Assembly: GCA_045837725.1 (NCBI GenBank)
Contig: JBEWZL010000145.1
Coordinates: 124,001-188,000, forward strand
DNA length: 64,000 nt
Direction: 5' to 3'
Origin: Vermamoeba vermiformis
Taxonomy: Eukaryota
The first letter of the stretch is position 1. Each line of letters begins with the position of its first letter. This document shows positions 24,991 through 38,962 of this stretch, one piece after another. The position numbers and the translations under genes are program-made. The notes under the pieces are model-generated. The model made no database searches and was not told where the DNA came from. It worked only from the letters and a program-made list of their open reading frames with translations.

Positions 24991-27900
24991 ATGTTGAAGT
25001 TCTCAGCAGGTGGTTCGTCTCGATATTTCGAGGCTGCGTTCAACCCAGATGAAATCAAGAAAAAGCTCGACAGCGATGCTGATCGAGAAAAGATGGAGGG
25101 CATGAAGCGTATTATGGCTGTATGTATTAATGAAGATATTATAGGAGCTATAATTTGCGATAATAGACCTTAGTATAATGGTTAACAGAATATTTCTTTT
25201 TTTCAATTTTTTTACGTATTTAATTTGAAATAATATCTACGCTTCATTTAACGTCTATTTGCTCCTATGAGAATGAAATACTCGTCAAATATGATTACTA
25301 ACATTATATCATTAATAATAGCAAATGTCAAGAGGCCAAGATGTGACTGGTCTATTTCCTTACGTAGTCAAATGTGTTGCAAGTCAGAACTTGGACGTTA
25401 AAAAATTAGTGTATATATATTTGGTTCACTTCTCAGAAATTGAAGCTGATGCAGCCCTTTTGGCCTTCAATATCCTCAAAAAAGATTTGGATGGACCGAA
25501 TCCACTTATTAGAGCCCACGCTCTCAGAACACTCTCTAGTCTTAGAGTTCGAGTTATTATTCCACTAGTAGTTATTCAAATCAAAAAATCAGCAAAAGAC
25601 AGCTCACCTTATGTTCGTAAAACTGCCGCCAACTCCATCGCGAAAATTGTCAGGTAAATTTAAAATATAATTGCTTATTTATCATGCATATTATTTATTA
25701 AATTAATACTATCCTTTTTGTGGCATATTTCCATTACTGCCAATAACACTCCATTCAATTTTCCTGATCCACAATATCTTTTTATAAATTTCCGTATCGC
25801 CTCTGTACTGTTCCTTAATGCACATTTATTTATATTTATGATATTTCTAACCTATCAATAATTTCCTATGATTTTTTGCAGCTTTCTATTAACAATACGA
25901 CTTTCAGTATGGATCCCGACCAAAAAGAACCTCTGCTTGAAGTGCTCGAACAGTTATTAGGCGACAGCTCGACAGTCGTTATTGGTGCCGCAGTGGCAGT
26001 GTTCAATGAGATCTGCCCCGAGCGATTTGAATTGATCCACCCCAACTATCGTAAGCTATGCAACACCGTTGCGGATGTGGACGAGTGGGGTCAAGTCAGC
26101 ATCGTAGAGATGTTAACACGTTATGCACGCACTCAATTTGTTGATCCTGATAAGGAGATGGTAAGTGCTGCCCAGTACGCGACGTCAGATCCTTAAATCA
26201 ATTTTAAAAGAAATATTCAAAAGATAATTCCAGAACACATTTATTGCTATTATCCGCTACGCTATAGTATAATATCTACGTTCATATTCGCATTTTTATA
26301 TCAATTTCCGCAAGTTTATACGAACTTAAAAATATTTCAAAAAATAGCTTAGTGTTGTGTCTAATGTCTTATTCGAATTATAGGAAGAGCGCAAGAAACA
26401 AAAAGAAGCTAAAGTTGTGCAAGGAGAAGGTGAAGAAGATGACTACGAAGACAATTTTGAACCTGAACTCAAAGGAGATCTGGATCCTGATCACCGCCTG
26501 TTATTGAAGGCCACCTTCCCTCTCTTACACTCCCGCAATGCTGCCGTAAGTATTTTATATTTATCGATTCATTACATTCGGGCCATAACTGAAATGATCG
26601 GATCTCGTGAGGGGTATAATTGGATCCGCTTCCTCTTCAAACTATTCATTGTTAAAATACTAAACACGATAATATAATGCTTATGCTCTCGTCCTTAGGT
26701 CGTATTGGCAGTCGGTGCCCTATACTATTATGTAGCCCCAAAGTTTGAACGTCCTAAAGTTGGCAGAGCACTCGTGCGCATTTTGCACTGCAAATCAATC
26801 GAACAGAACTTCATTGTGCTCAAATCAATTGTTACAATGTCTGCCACTAGTCCTGTAAGTATATACGCCATTTTTAATATCGAGGGTGTTATACTGATCG
26901 GTCTTACTAAAATAGGAAATATTCCGACCATACTTGACAGATTTCTTCATTGACTCGACGGATCCAGTCCACGTGCGCAATTTGAAGCTGAAAGTGATCA
27001 CACATATTGCTAACGAAGGAAACATTGCACGAATTTTGAAAGAATTCAAAGCTTATTTGACACTCGAAGACAAAGTGTTTGTCACTGCCACCATTGACGC
27101 CATTGGTGAATGCGCTGCTAAGTACGTGCCACTTCCATTACCTAATATGGCAATAAGCTAATGACTCGAGCAGGATCCGCGAAGTGATGGACAGCTGCAT
27201 GCACGGCCTCGTTCAACTGCTCAACAGCCGCAGTGACGACGTTGTTGCGCAAGCAGTGCTCGTCTTGAAACAACTCTTGCAAATGCCTTATTACACGAGC
27301 AACGAGACTCCTGCCACCACCGACGCATTAGGGTACGAATCTAATGACCCCCTCATTTGCCTTATTTGGAAATAACTAATTGACGTGCCTGATTTAGATT
27401 GAGCTCAGATAATGTTGAAGAACGAAAAGAACAACACAATGACGTGGTGAAATTGTTAGCATCTCGCTTGGACCAAGTCAATCACCCGCACGCACGTGCC
27501 GCTATTGTGTGGATCATTGGCGAGTACCTCGGCAAAGTCGAGAGCCTCACTAATGTTGCCCCCGATGTCCTGCGCAAATTGGCCAAGACATTCCCCGAAG
27601 AAGACGACGTTGTCAAGCTTCAAACATTGAACTTGGCCGCGAAACTGTACATTTTTTACGCCGGTCTTGCCGAGCCCGAGACAGCTCCAGCCGAGACCAA
27701 GACAATTTTCAACACTATTGGCTTGTTGCTGCAGTACGTGTTCAACTTGGCCAGATACGACTTGAACTACGACATTCGCGACCGTTGTCGATTGATGCGC
27801 AAGATCCTCGTTGAAGACAAGTCGCCGTTCTTGAAACAACACGCCAAGGCCCTCTTTGTCACTGAGAAGCCTAGTCCCGTCACCAAGGCCCCGACTGACG

Positions 27901-28608
27901 CGACCTTGGAAGATAAATTCGCTCTGGGCACATTGGCACACGTGCTGAATCAAGCCACGAAGAATTACTTGCCCATTCCTGATTGGACCACTGAGAAGCC
28001 GCCTTCAAGTATTAGAAACTCGAAGGTAACCACGGTACAATTCTACTTACGTGCGTGCACTCTTGCTAATGCGTTCACAGAAAGCTGAATGGGAAGAGAT
28101 GGAACACTCGCGAACATCATCGGGCCCCGGCAGCTCTAACGCCAAGAAGTTCTGGGCTGAAGAAGAGGTCGATGAGGAAGATTTCTACGGCGATGAAAAC
28201 CATCACGAACAGGGCGTGGATGAGGCCTTCGATGACTTTTACGATGACGCGACACGAGCAGTTGAAGAGAGTGCGCAACAAGAGTACGCTGAAGACGATG
28301 ACTTCACTGACGACGCGACCAACAGCGCACGTGCTCACGACGCGATTGACGACGTGTTTGAAGGCGTGAGTGCTGAAGTGAAGAAATTGAGCCTCGAAGA
28401 CGAAGTCAAGTCCACTGAAGAGAACGTGGAGGATTTCTACGGCAACGAGGAAGTGACGCCAATCACCTCTTCTGGTATGTAGCTGTGCATTGCGTATTAG
28501 ACTTGCGTGCTAACGATGTTGTTATTAGACCCTGCTCCTACTACTGAGGACCAAGAAACAGCTGAAAATGGTGTTGAGATCCAAAAGGACGAAGACCCAA
28601 CCTTTTAA
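24991..28608 (+). CDS. AP3B: AP-3 complex subunit beta (trunk + acidic hinge)
   Basis: [68 protein letters not shown]. Confidence 0.95.
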
Positions 28609-28951
28609 GCAACCAAATCCTATTTAATCATCCAAGTAACCCTGTCTTTAATAAAAAGCAACTCTTATTTATATCACGCTTCGTTTCATCAATTACTCAT
28701 CACATCAAACTTTGGAATTAATTGGTAGTTGAAGAGAATTCGGTGGTAGTTTAAGGCCAGTATCGAGACCAAAGTCAATTTTGTTTATTATTTATAAGTC
28801 TAGTGCTCGGAAGAGGCCCAAGCATTCGACGCGAATTGTTCTACGTACACTATTGTTTGTTTGGTTTTAAAAAATTAAAAAAAGGGGTGGTTTGGCGGGG
28901 TATTGAGTTACAAAGATATTACAAAGCGATTTCGCGAGCAGATCCGAAGAC

Positions 28952-29796
28952 TTATTTTCTCGACTTCTTGGCGGCGTGACCCTTGGCGGAGCTGGTGGCC
29001 TTGCGCTTGGTACCTGTTGGAGCAACGGCTAGTTAGAAACGGATCATGACCAAGGTAATGAAACTCGAGGGAATACAAGAGTATTATGAGGTGATTCAGA
29101 AAAGTTGAAGAAAGATTTTGTCGTTGATCAACGCGATGTTGAATCCATTGATATTATTTTTGATGAATTAAGGCAAGTTAAGGTAAAAAGAACGTACCCT
29201 TCTTGGGCTTGTCGTCGTAGTCATCCTCGTCTTCTTCTTCGACTTCGAAATCCTCTTCTTCGTCATCTTCACCTCCGGCATAATCGTCGCCAGAGTCCTC
29301 CTCTTCGTAGTCGTCTTCTTCCTCTTCTTCGTAGTCCTCGTCTTCGTTGCCCTCGACTTCACCACGCTTGTGCTTCTCGACGAGCTTCTCTACGTCTTCC
29401 TCAGCATCAGCAGCCAACTGAGCGGCCTCGTCGTCGACTTTGCTCTTCTCTGTTAACAGTAGTCAAGGAGCAATAAGTGCATGGAATTTGATGAATAAGA
29501 AACTTGATTATAGAATTGTCCGCGCTTCGAGTCGCGGACCTTCCTTGATTTCAGATTTGACCAACCAAAGCAACAAAATAAAATTCTAATTGTGCCAATA
29601 CAAATACTTTAGCACCAGAATTAATATTTTATCGAATTGATTTTGGCCTAAAAATTTTCGCTTCTATCTTTCGCGTCTGCATCCGAATCTATATTTTCTG
29701 ATAATTTCTTTTAAAACAAATAGGTATGTTAAGGATACTGTCTTGGACGGGTTCAGTAGCAGCGACGGTAGTTTCTTGCTTGGTATCGTCAGACAT
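28952..29796 (-). CDS. Small very acidic nuclear protein (histone-chaperone-like composition)
   Basis: Three exons: MSDDTKQETT..QD|KKSKVDDE..D/E tract..KPKK|GTKRKA..AAKKSRK (bipartite NLS-like). Confidence 0.7.
29450..29738 (-). other. U12-type (minor spliceosome) GT-AG intron
   Basis: 5' site GTATCCTTA; branch TCCTTGAC ending 11 nt before the AG; no pyrimidine tract; splicing preserves the frame. Confidence 0.8.
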
Positions 29797-30503
29797 GACT
29801 GTTGTGTTATTGGTGACCGTTAGTAGTGGCTAGTTAAAACTCGTCGCTGTTTTTCGCTTTTGTATCACTCCGTACCCGCGCCACGTGGTCATAAATAAGT
29901 CTAAGGTGTATAGGACTATGACTTTCAGCCAGAAAGCAGTTTAAATTGGTCTTTGGCGCGCTCCCGTTAATCCGCATCGAGTTTCTTGGCTTGGGGTATA
30001 CAATTATTTGACCTGTAAAAAGCTTTAGAAAGGAAAAATGAACCAAACGAAGGAGTTTTTTCGAATGTCCAATCCATTGGAATTAGCGATACGTTGCAAT
30101 CTGGATTCCGAAGGATGAGAAACCACTTCGATTCTACTTAAATTGAATAGTTCTTAAAGTAGCTATTACATCATTATTTAAATCATTAGGTTCCTGAATT
30201 TAGCGAAAAGCTAATCACGGAACGCATCCCTAAACAAACTGTCGTGAATTTAGAGCTGAATCAACAAGGCATTGATTTATTCTCCGTTGCATTGTAGGTG
30301 TGTCAATTAATTGTCCTATCGCTTGAAAGAGGACCCAGGAATCATTAGCAGGTTGTACGGCTGAGTTTCAGATCAGTCGTGTCGCGTTGCTGCTTTGGGC
30401 AATTGAGCAGAGTTTTGCCAACCATTTTGGGTAGTGTAGTGCGTGTCCATGGCAAGTATACTAAAATCATTATAGGAGTGTTCGCTAGAGTCCTGGTCCG
30501 GGT

Positions 30504-32110
30504 CTAGTCATCGTGTGTCTGGATGCGTCTTCTCTTTGTCGGACGTGCAGTTGGCTCGGCGAATACTGGTTCTGTAGGCTTCTCAATAGTACGCCAGCAG
30601 CACCAATACGCATCCCAGAACCGCTGCTCTTGAGTTGCGGCATTAGAGTGCTCAGCAGTGCTAGTAACTTCTTCGTGGTCACTCGCCTCATCACCGCGCT
30701 GACCAGTCTCGCTGTTGCTCGCTTCATCTAACTCCTCGGGCTCTTCATCCATGGGCTCATCACCGACGTACTCGCAGTAATACTGATCAGTGTCAAAGTC
30801 CCAGAAGTAGATCCGACCGCGTTCTTCGTAACAGTACGGTCGGCCGCTGAGCATGCGTGCGTTTAACGTCTCAACCTCTTGGAAGGCTTGATCAAGCATC
30901 TCTTCAAACGTGTCTGACATTTGCTTTGCTTGCACGCCAATCTCCGAGTCAGGACCGTTGTACAACTGTGCGTTCTTCCACACCAAGCGAACATCACGCG
31001 CAAACTCTTCGTGCGACTTGTACTTTCCTGTTGCAATTCTCTAAACGGTCGCGATTAGTATGTACATATGATGCATCGATAAGTCGATCAAAGCAGTACC
31101 TCTTTAACACTGTTGAGATCCATTGGTTGCTTGACTATACGAAGGTAGTCCTTCAGTCCTAAACGCACGTGATCGACTGGCATTCTAAAAGGTTCAGCTT
31201 TGGGCTCATCGTAAAGCGTGTCAATGATCTCGGCACATTTCTTGAGCGATAGAAATAGGCCCGGGTACCGTTCTTTCATATTGGACTCGAGCTTGTCGTA
31301 TTGACTCTCCAACTATTAGTAGCGCAGTGTTAATAACGACAATGGTGCTACAAAAAGGGTTGATGTTATGTTTACCTCAACAGCGGACATTTTGCTTTCA
31401 AATAAGCGCGAGAGTTCTGCAGCAACTTCGTAGATCTGGATGGGCATTAATATCGATTTTATGGCTTAGGAATAATCAGAAAAAATAAATATATGGATGT
31501 AATCAGCCGAACTATGATATTGTCAAGACATCATAGCTGGATAGTAGCATCCAATTTTTTAAACGATTTTTTGTCCGTTTAACCTTGCTGGTTGTCTTAC
31601 CTCTGAGTCCGCTGCGTTATAAGTCATAGCATTCTTCCACACAAGTCGCATATCATCTGCAAACTCTTCATTGGACTGGTATTCGCTATTGTCAAGCTTG
31701 GTCTCTATCGTGCCCAAATCCATCGGCTTTTTAATTACATCCAAATAATCCTTAAGCCCAAAACCTTCATAATCTACTGGCTCTGCAAATATAGATGCAC
31801 TTTTGAGCTTTTTTATGCTTTCTAATATTTCTCTGCATTTAAATAATGGAAATTGACTTCTGTATTTCTCGATGCGGCTTTTGAAGCGGGAGTTGACCAC
31901 GTCTGGGTGGTCCTTGTATCGTTCATATTGTTTTCTAACAAATTTATCGTCTAGTTTCTCTCCTTTTCGCTCGTGTTGCTCGATGTGACGCGAGAAGTTG
32001 GCGCGGTAAGATTGACCGCAGCCTTTGAAGAAACAAGTGTATTTGCCTTCTTCGTCCTTCACGAACAAATGCGCGCCATAGCGGTCGCGCTGAATGTCCA
32101 TGCGCCACAT
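30504..32110 (-). CDS. Tandem bromodomain protein with N-terminal C2H2-like finger
   Basis: FAEPVD..DYLDVIKKPMDLGTI..NAMTYN and PFRMPVD..DYLRIVKQPMDLNSV..NAQLYN; CFFKGC..HIEQH. Confidence 0.88.
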
Positions 32111-32420
32111 GATGCAGGTGTGTTGTGTCGATCACAAAGTTGAGCTAAAACGAACCGATCTCGCACACAAAGTTCATTGTTTTCGGAAATCAACGGATAG
32201 ATTTGGGTATTTAACGAAAGGATTAGGTACATATTGGGGTATCATTCACGAGTTAGACATGTCAACTGGCTTCCCCTTCTCGCGCGACTAAATTCGGAGT
32301 TTATATCCTTATTTGTAAGGCACGTGACGCCGAGTTAACAAATTGGACGCGATTTTGTTACATGTTACCACTTCTTTTGTACAATCCACCACAGGACATA
32401 TTTATTCCGACCATTCTACA

Positions 32421-33808
32421 ATGCAACTCGCCTACTCTTTGCTGGATCGAGGCTTAGTCCCCGACTTTTTGACCCGAAAGGCCATTCGCAAGCTGCTGAA
32501 GCAACGTCTCTCGCAAGAGGATAAGGGCAATGCTGTCGCGCAACACCAAGCTAAAATGGACTTCATAAAACAACTCAAGACGATGCCGATCGCGTTGTCC
32601 ACTCAAGAGGCTAACGAGCAACACTACGAGGTACCGACAGAATTCTACTTGAAGGTTCTCGGAAAGCGATTGAAATACTCCTGCTGCTGGTACGGCTACG
32701 AAGATCCGAAGAAATCAAATCCTACCATTGACAATTTGAATGATGCTGAAAATGCTATGCTCAAGATTTATGCCGAAAGAGCTCAATTAAAGGACGGAAT
32801 GGAGGTTCTCGACCTTGTAAGTTCGGATCTTATCAAAAACCTTTATTTTGATTTTTAAAAATAGAAAAAATATCACAAAAAATCTCAATTAATTTGAAAT
32901 TTGAGAATCGCATGTGCAAACCATAACATATGCTAATCGTGACACAGGGCTGTGGTTGGGGCTCTTTTACTCTTTGGTGCGCCGAGCATTTTCCAAATTG
33001 CAAAATCACATCCCTCTCCAACAGTGCTACTCAGCGTCAATTCATCGAAGGACGATGTGCTGAGCGTGGATTTAAAAATGTGCGCGTTATTACATGCGAC
33101 ATCAATAATGCAGAAGCTTTGCCAGATATGGAAAGCAAATTCGACCGTGCGATCAGCATTGAAATGTTTGAGCACATGAAGGTACGCTCAATCAAATAGT
33201 AAATTATATATACTAATCACCTATACTAATTAGAATTACGAACGATTGACTCGTCTCGTATCAAAGTGGCTCAAGCCGGAAGGTTACATTTTCATTCACA
33301 TCTTTACGCATCACAAATACGCTTATCACTACCTCGTTGAGTCCGAAACTGATTGGATGGCCAAATATTTCTTTACTGGCGGTACTATGCCTTCAGGTAC
33401 GCCTTTTTTTAGAACGAAATGATTTTCTGGTTTCTAAGTTACTTTGCTTTCTAGATGATTTGTTATTATACTTCCAAAATGACTTGAAAATTGTCGATCA
33501 TTGGCGCGTCGATGGACGAAACTACGGATTAACTTCGGGTATGTTAATTATGCAACCATTGCAAAGAAAAATTCGTTACACATCTGATCCTAACTCGATT
33601 TTCCTTTTCAGAACACTGGCTTCAAAACATGGACAAAGAACTTCCTGCAATTAAAGAGCTCTTCGCCAAGACTTACGGCCCTGAGAACGTGACGCTGTGG
33701 GTGATGCGCTGGCGTGTGTTTTTCATGTCGTGCGCTGAATTGTGGAAGTACGACAACGGCCAAGAGTGGATTGTATCGCACTACTTGTTCCAGAACAACA
33801 AGAAATAA
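32421..33808 (+). CDS. CMAS/coclaurine N-methyltransferase-like SAM-dependent methyltransferase
   Basis: ANEQHYEVP, LKYSCC, VLDL|GCGWGS, SIEMFEHMKNY, WMAKYFFTGGTMPS, RWRVFFMSCAEL. Confidence 0.92.
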
Positions 33809-33897
33809 GCACTGCAATCGTGTCATTATATAATATTAGAATAAACGGATTTATAAAAAAACTCGTTGCAAACACCAAGCTCTGAGTGGCTGTGGCT

Positions 33898-35413
<1,516 letters not shown>

Positions 35414-35634
35414 TGTGGTGTATTATAGAGTTAGTGTTTATTGATTACGTCGAGCAGCAGCGTCAAGGTTGGTCAAACACGTAGGTCTGAAATTTCATCG
35501 AACTAACTTTGACGAGCAAATTTTATTTGAAGGCCAAAACGCAAAAAACGAAAGGCTGGCATCCAGTTAAGACAGTCTTGAACGAACCCACGGGTCGTGT
35601 ATTTATTTATTATTGTAAATATTAAGTTATTATA

Positions 35635-38152
35635 ATGGCCAACAGGTTACACGATTTATATGGAACTCAGCCGCCATCCAGGAAAAAGCGAGCTCGAGAA
35701 GACGATGAAATTGACAACTTTGAAGCCAGCGGTACTGGACAAACTACAGTTGCTTCGCAGCATAAGCCAATTTTCGGCACACAGCCGTTATTCTTTGGAT
35801 TTGGAAGCAGCTTTCAAAACGACAAACCCCAAAATAATTTAAATCCAACTGACGATATCGAGGCATTATTAAATGCAGACCCAATGATGGGTACTAGTGG
35901 TGATATATTCCCAAATGCAAATAATTTTGGCTATTTAACTGCAAGCGGCAATTTCGTCGTAGATGGAGATCTGAATGGAGACGTCAGTGTGGACTATCAA
36001 GACCAAATGATGTTTATTGGTGAGGACGGCAACGTGCAGGGCCGTCCCTTGAACATGAGCATTGATAACAACTTCAATAGCAATGTCATCCATAATGTTT
36101 CTGAAGTACAAAGTCCGCCTTATGCAGCCTCAAATCCGATGACTCCTAATTTTGCTGCTTATTCTTCAACTGTTGGAGCTCAAATTCAAACTATCCCTTT
36201 GCAAGAACCCGCTACTGCCTCGATCGCAGCGAAAATTCTTACTGAAGAAAGAGTGAAGTTAAATAGTATTAAGGTACGTGCTATTGATATTTGCCGTGGT
36301 ATATGAATTTTTAGCAAAATTTTAAAAATGATTCTGACTTAAATTTCCAGATCGACCTTGAAAAATTAAAATGGGAGCAAAAAGAGGCATTGAGCGCAGC
36401 TGTAGATAATGACAAACAAAAACAAATGGCACTGTGGGGCGGAATTGAGAAGAAGCAACAAGAACTGAGAAAGAGAATCGAGGAGACTAAGCACATGTTC
36501 AATAGACTGTTATGTGAATATATTTTGGAGCCTATTGATATTTGCAGAGTCGTAAGTGCGGCACTTGAATTCCACTTATTGAATTATACTGAATATTTGT
36601 GCGTGCTATTTTTAGGCTTCGTTTAGCGGCGAAATCGAGCTTGAATCTCGACAACTTGAAGCCTATGAAACAGAGTTATTGTGGACTATGAAGCCTCAAG
36701 CTAATTCAGAAAGGTACACGAGGGCACACGCGTTCAGTATTAGGCTTTTATTAATACCACTTGCGACACAACAGATTACCAGCGCTGTTGGTCATCACAA
36801 AACAGCCGTTCCCTCGCTCAGTCAAACAAGGCAAACCGATGGAAGACGGTGTCACTGTGCGCCTATTGACAGGCACATATTATCAAGTGAGTTGTAGTGT
36901 TGACAAGTACTCGTGAGATGTTACTAATGTGTTCGAAAAGGTGTGGCCGACAGGTCCGGTTCGTGCGGATATTGTTACGGACTATACATCGCGATCAAAG
37001 AAGAATCCAGTCACTGTACAGAATAACACAAAGGCCATGCAGAACAACATTGCTGATTTCAATGTACGTTTGATAACGTTATATTCGCCTTGGGCCGTGC
37101 TAATATACTTCTAGGACTTGATTTTACCTCACGGCACACGTAAGAAGACCATTCATTTGAAGTTCGCGGTTGAAGTACAAATTACTCGACGTGATGGCAG
37201 CAGTATCAAGCGCGTGATCGAGTCTGATGGCTCAAAACCGTTCATTGTCAAAACAAATGAGAATCAGTGGGAAGAGTCTGAAGGTATTCTATTGAAGACT
37301 GACGCGTTTGGCACGCACAACGAGGTGCCATGGTACAAATTCGTCAACGCGCTGCAGAAGAGATATTTATTGGCCACGAAACAAGATTTACAAAAGCCCG
37401 CGCGACCGTTGTCAGTGCAAGATATCAACTACATTTTCCACATCAAGTTCACGGGCCCTTCGCACAGTAAGTCGTGCAACGATGCAGTTGTAATCAATTA
37501 TATTGTATTAATGTGCTCGTTAGTGCACCTACCGTCAAAGGATTCAGTCATCACCGTGAAGCAATACGAGCAGTTCTGGGACTGGTTTGGCCCTGGTCTG
37601 CACAAGATCAGATACCAACGCCACATGTGCCCGTTGTGGGTCCGAGGGTGAGTTAAAGCCACACGTTTATAACCATGTTTGTACTGACCTCAGTGCAGTT
37701 TAATTTGCGGTTTCATCAACCGAGCAGAGGCTGATCAAGTGCTTGCCAAGGCACCTGCAGGCACCTTCTTGATTCGATTCAGCGAGCGACACCCTGGTGG
37801 TTTTGCTATCGCTTACGTGGCCAATGAAGAGCCACTCATAAGACACTACTTGATTCAACCTGACGACGTGTTTGGTGCCAAAAAGACACTGCCGGACTTC
37901 TTGGGCAGCGCGAAGAACTTTGAGTATGTCGTGCAAATCAATACCGACGACGAGGGCAACAGAATTTACAGACAGTTGGGCAAAGATGCCTCGCTGGCTG
38001 AATTCTACGCGAAGAGAAATGCTGAGGACACAGACGGCTACGACAATCAGCTCGACACAACGAGCCACAGACTGGGCACGATGTCACTCAATCAAGCGCA
38101 GGTTAATGGTGTGCCACCTCCTGGCGCAGTTAAGATCAAAACACCAAAATAA
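35635..38152 (+). CDS. STAT: STAT transcription factor (Dictyostelium-type)
   Basis: LVITKQPFP, FIVKTNENQWEESEG, FWDWFG, SH2 motif GTFLIRFSER, C-terminal DGY tyrosine. Confidence 0.93.
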
Positions 38153-38263
38153 TGTTTATTTGTTAATGTTGTACACAATACGTAAATCGAGATAGAACCA
38201 GATCGCACCACGTCAAAATTGCGCCATTTTTTAGGCCTCATTTTATTTAAACAACCTAACATC

Positions 38264-38916
38264 ATGCAACAAGAGAGCAGCTATAATGCTGCAATTTTAA
38301 ATTTTATTACAGAAAAGAATAGGCCTGTTACCAATGTCGAGCTTGAATCTTTGGAATTGAATGATTTGGATTCGGAGCTGCAGAAGTTATTGGCGAGGAA
38401 TTTAATGTAAGAAAATAATTATAATATGTCTATATAAAATCTAATGCATTATCAAGCATACAATTGGACTTGGAAAATGAAGATCCGAATCTGAGAATTT
38501 TTTGGGTTGGAGAAGGAGAGCAACCTCAGATAAAGGTCTGTTATCATGAAGATAAATTCATATTCATTGATTTAAAAATATCTAGAGCGTCGCAGATGAC
38601 TTACGAGAACAGATCGAGCAAGTCAATCAAGAAATAATGAAATTAACCGAAGAAGAGTAAGTTAACGATTATTAATATCGTATACATCTTTAACATGATA
38701 CATTAGATCACAAATTGAAGATATTGGCAATTACGTCGACATTCTACACGAGTATAACGACCTGAAAGACACCGGGCAAGCATTATTAGGCCAGCTAGGT
38801 AAGTCAGACCGTTAAATACTATTTGAACATTCATTAAGATACTTTTAATAGCTACCATCGAGGGAGTTACGACGAAGGAAATGTATAAACGGTACAAATT
38901 GAAGCTCGAAGACTGA
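38264..38916 (+). CDS. SWI5: SWI5/Sae3 recombination mediator with an N-terminal extension
   Basis: Five exons; C-terminus ILHEYNDLKDTGQALLGQL|ATIEGVTTKEMYKRY matches the Swi5 consensus. Confidence 0.85.
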
Positions 38917-38962
38917 GACCGTAGTGTAAATATGTACATATAATCTGTTAAATAGCGAACAT

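Noticed and set aside
29952-29961. E2F-like TTTGGCGCGC upstream of the acidic protein gene (also GGCGGGA at about 45246 upstream of DDX11)
   Set aside because: Short motifs expected by chance; no supporting evidence from sequence alone
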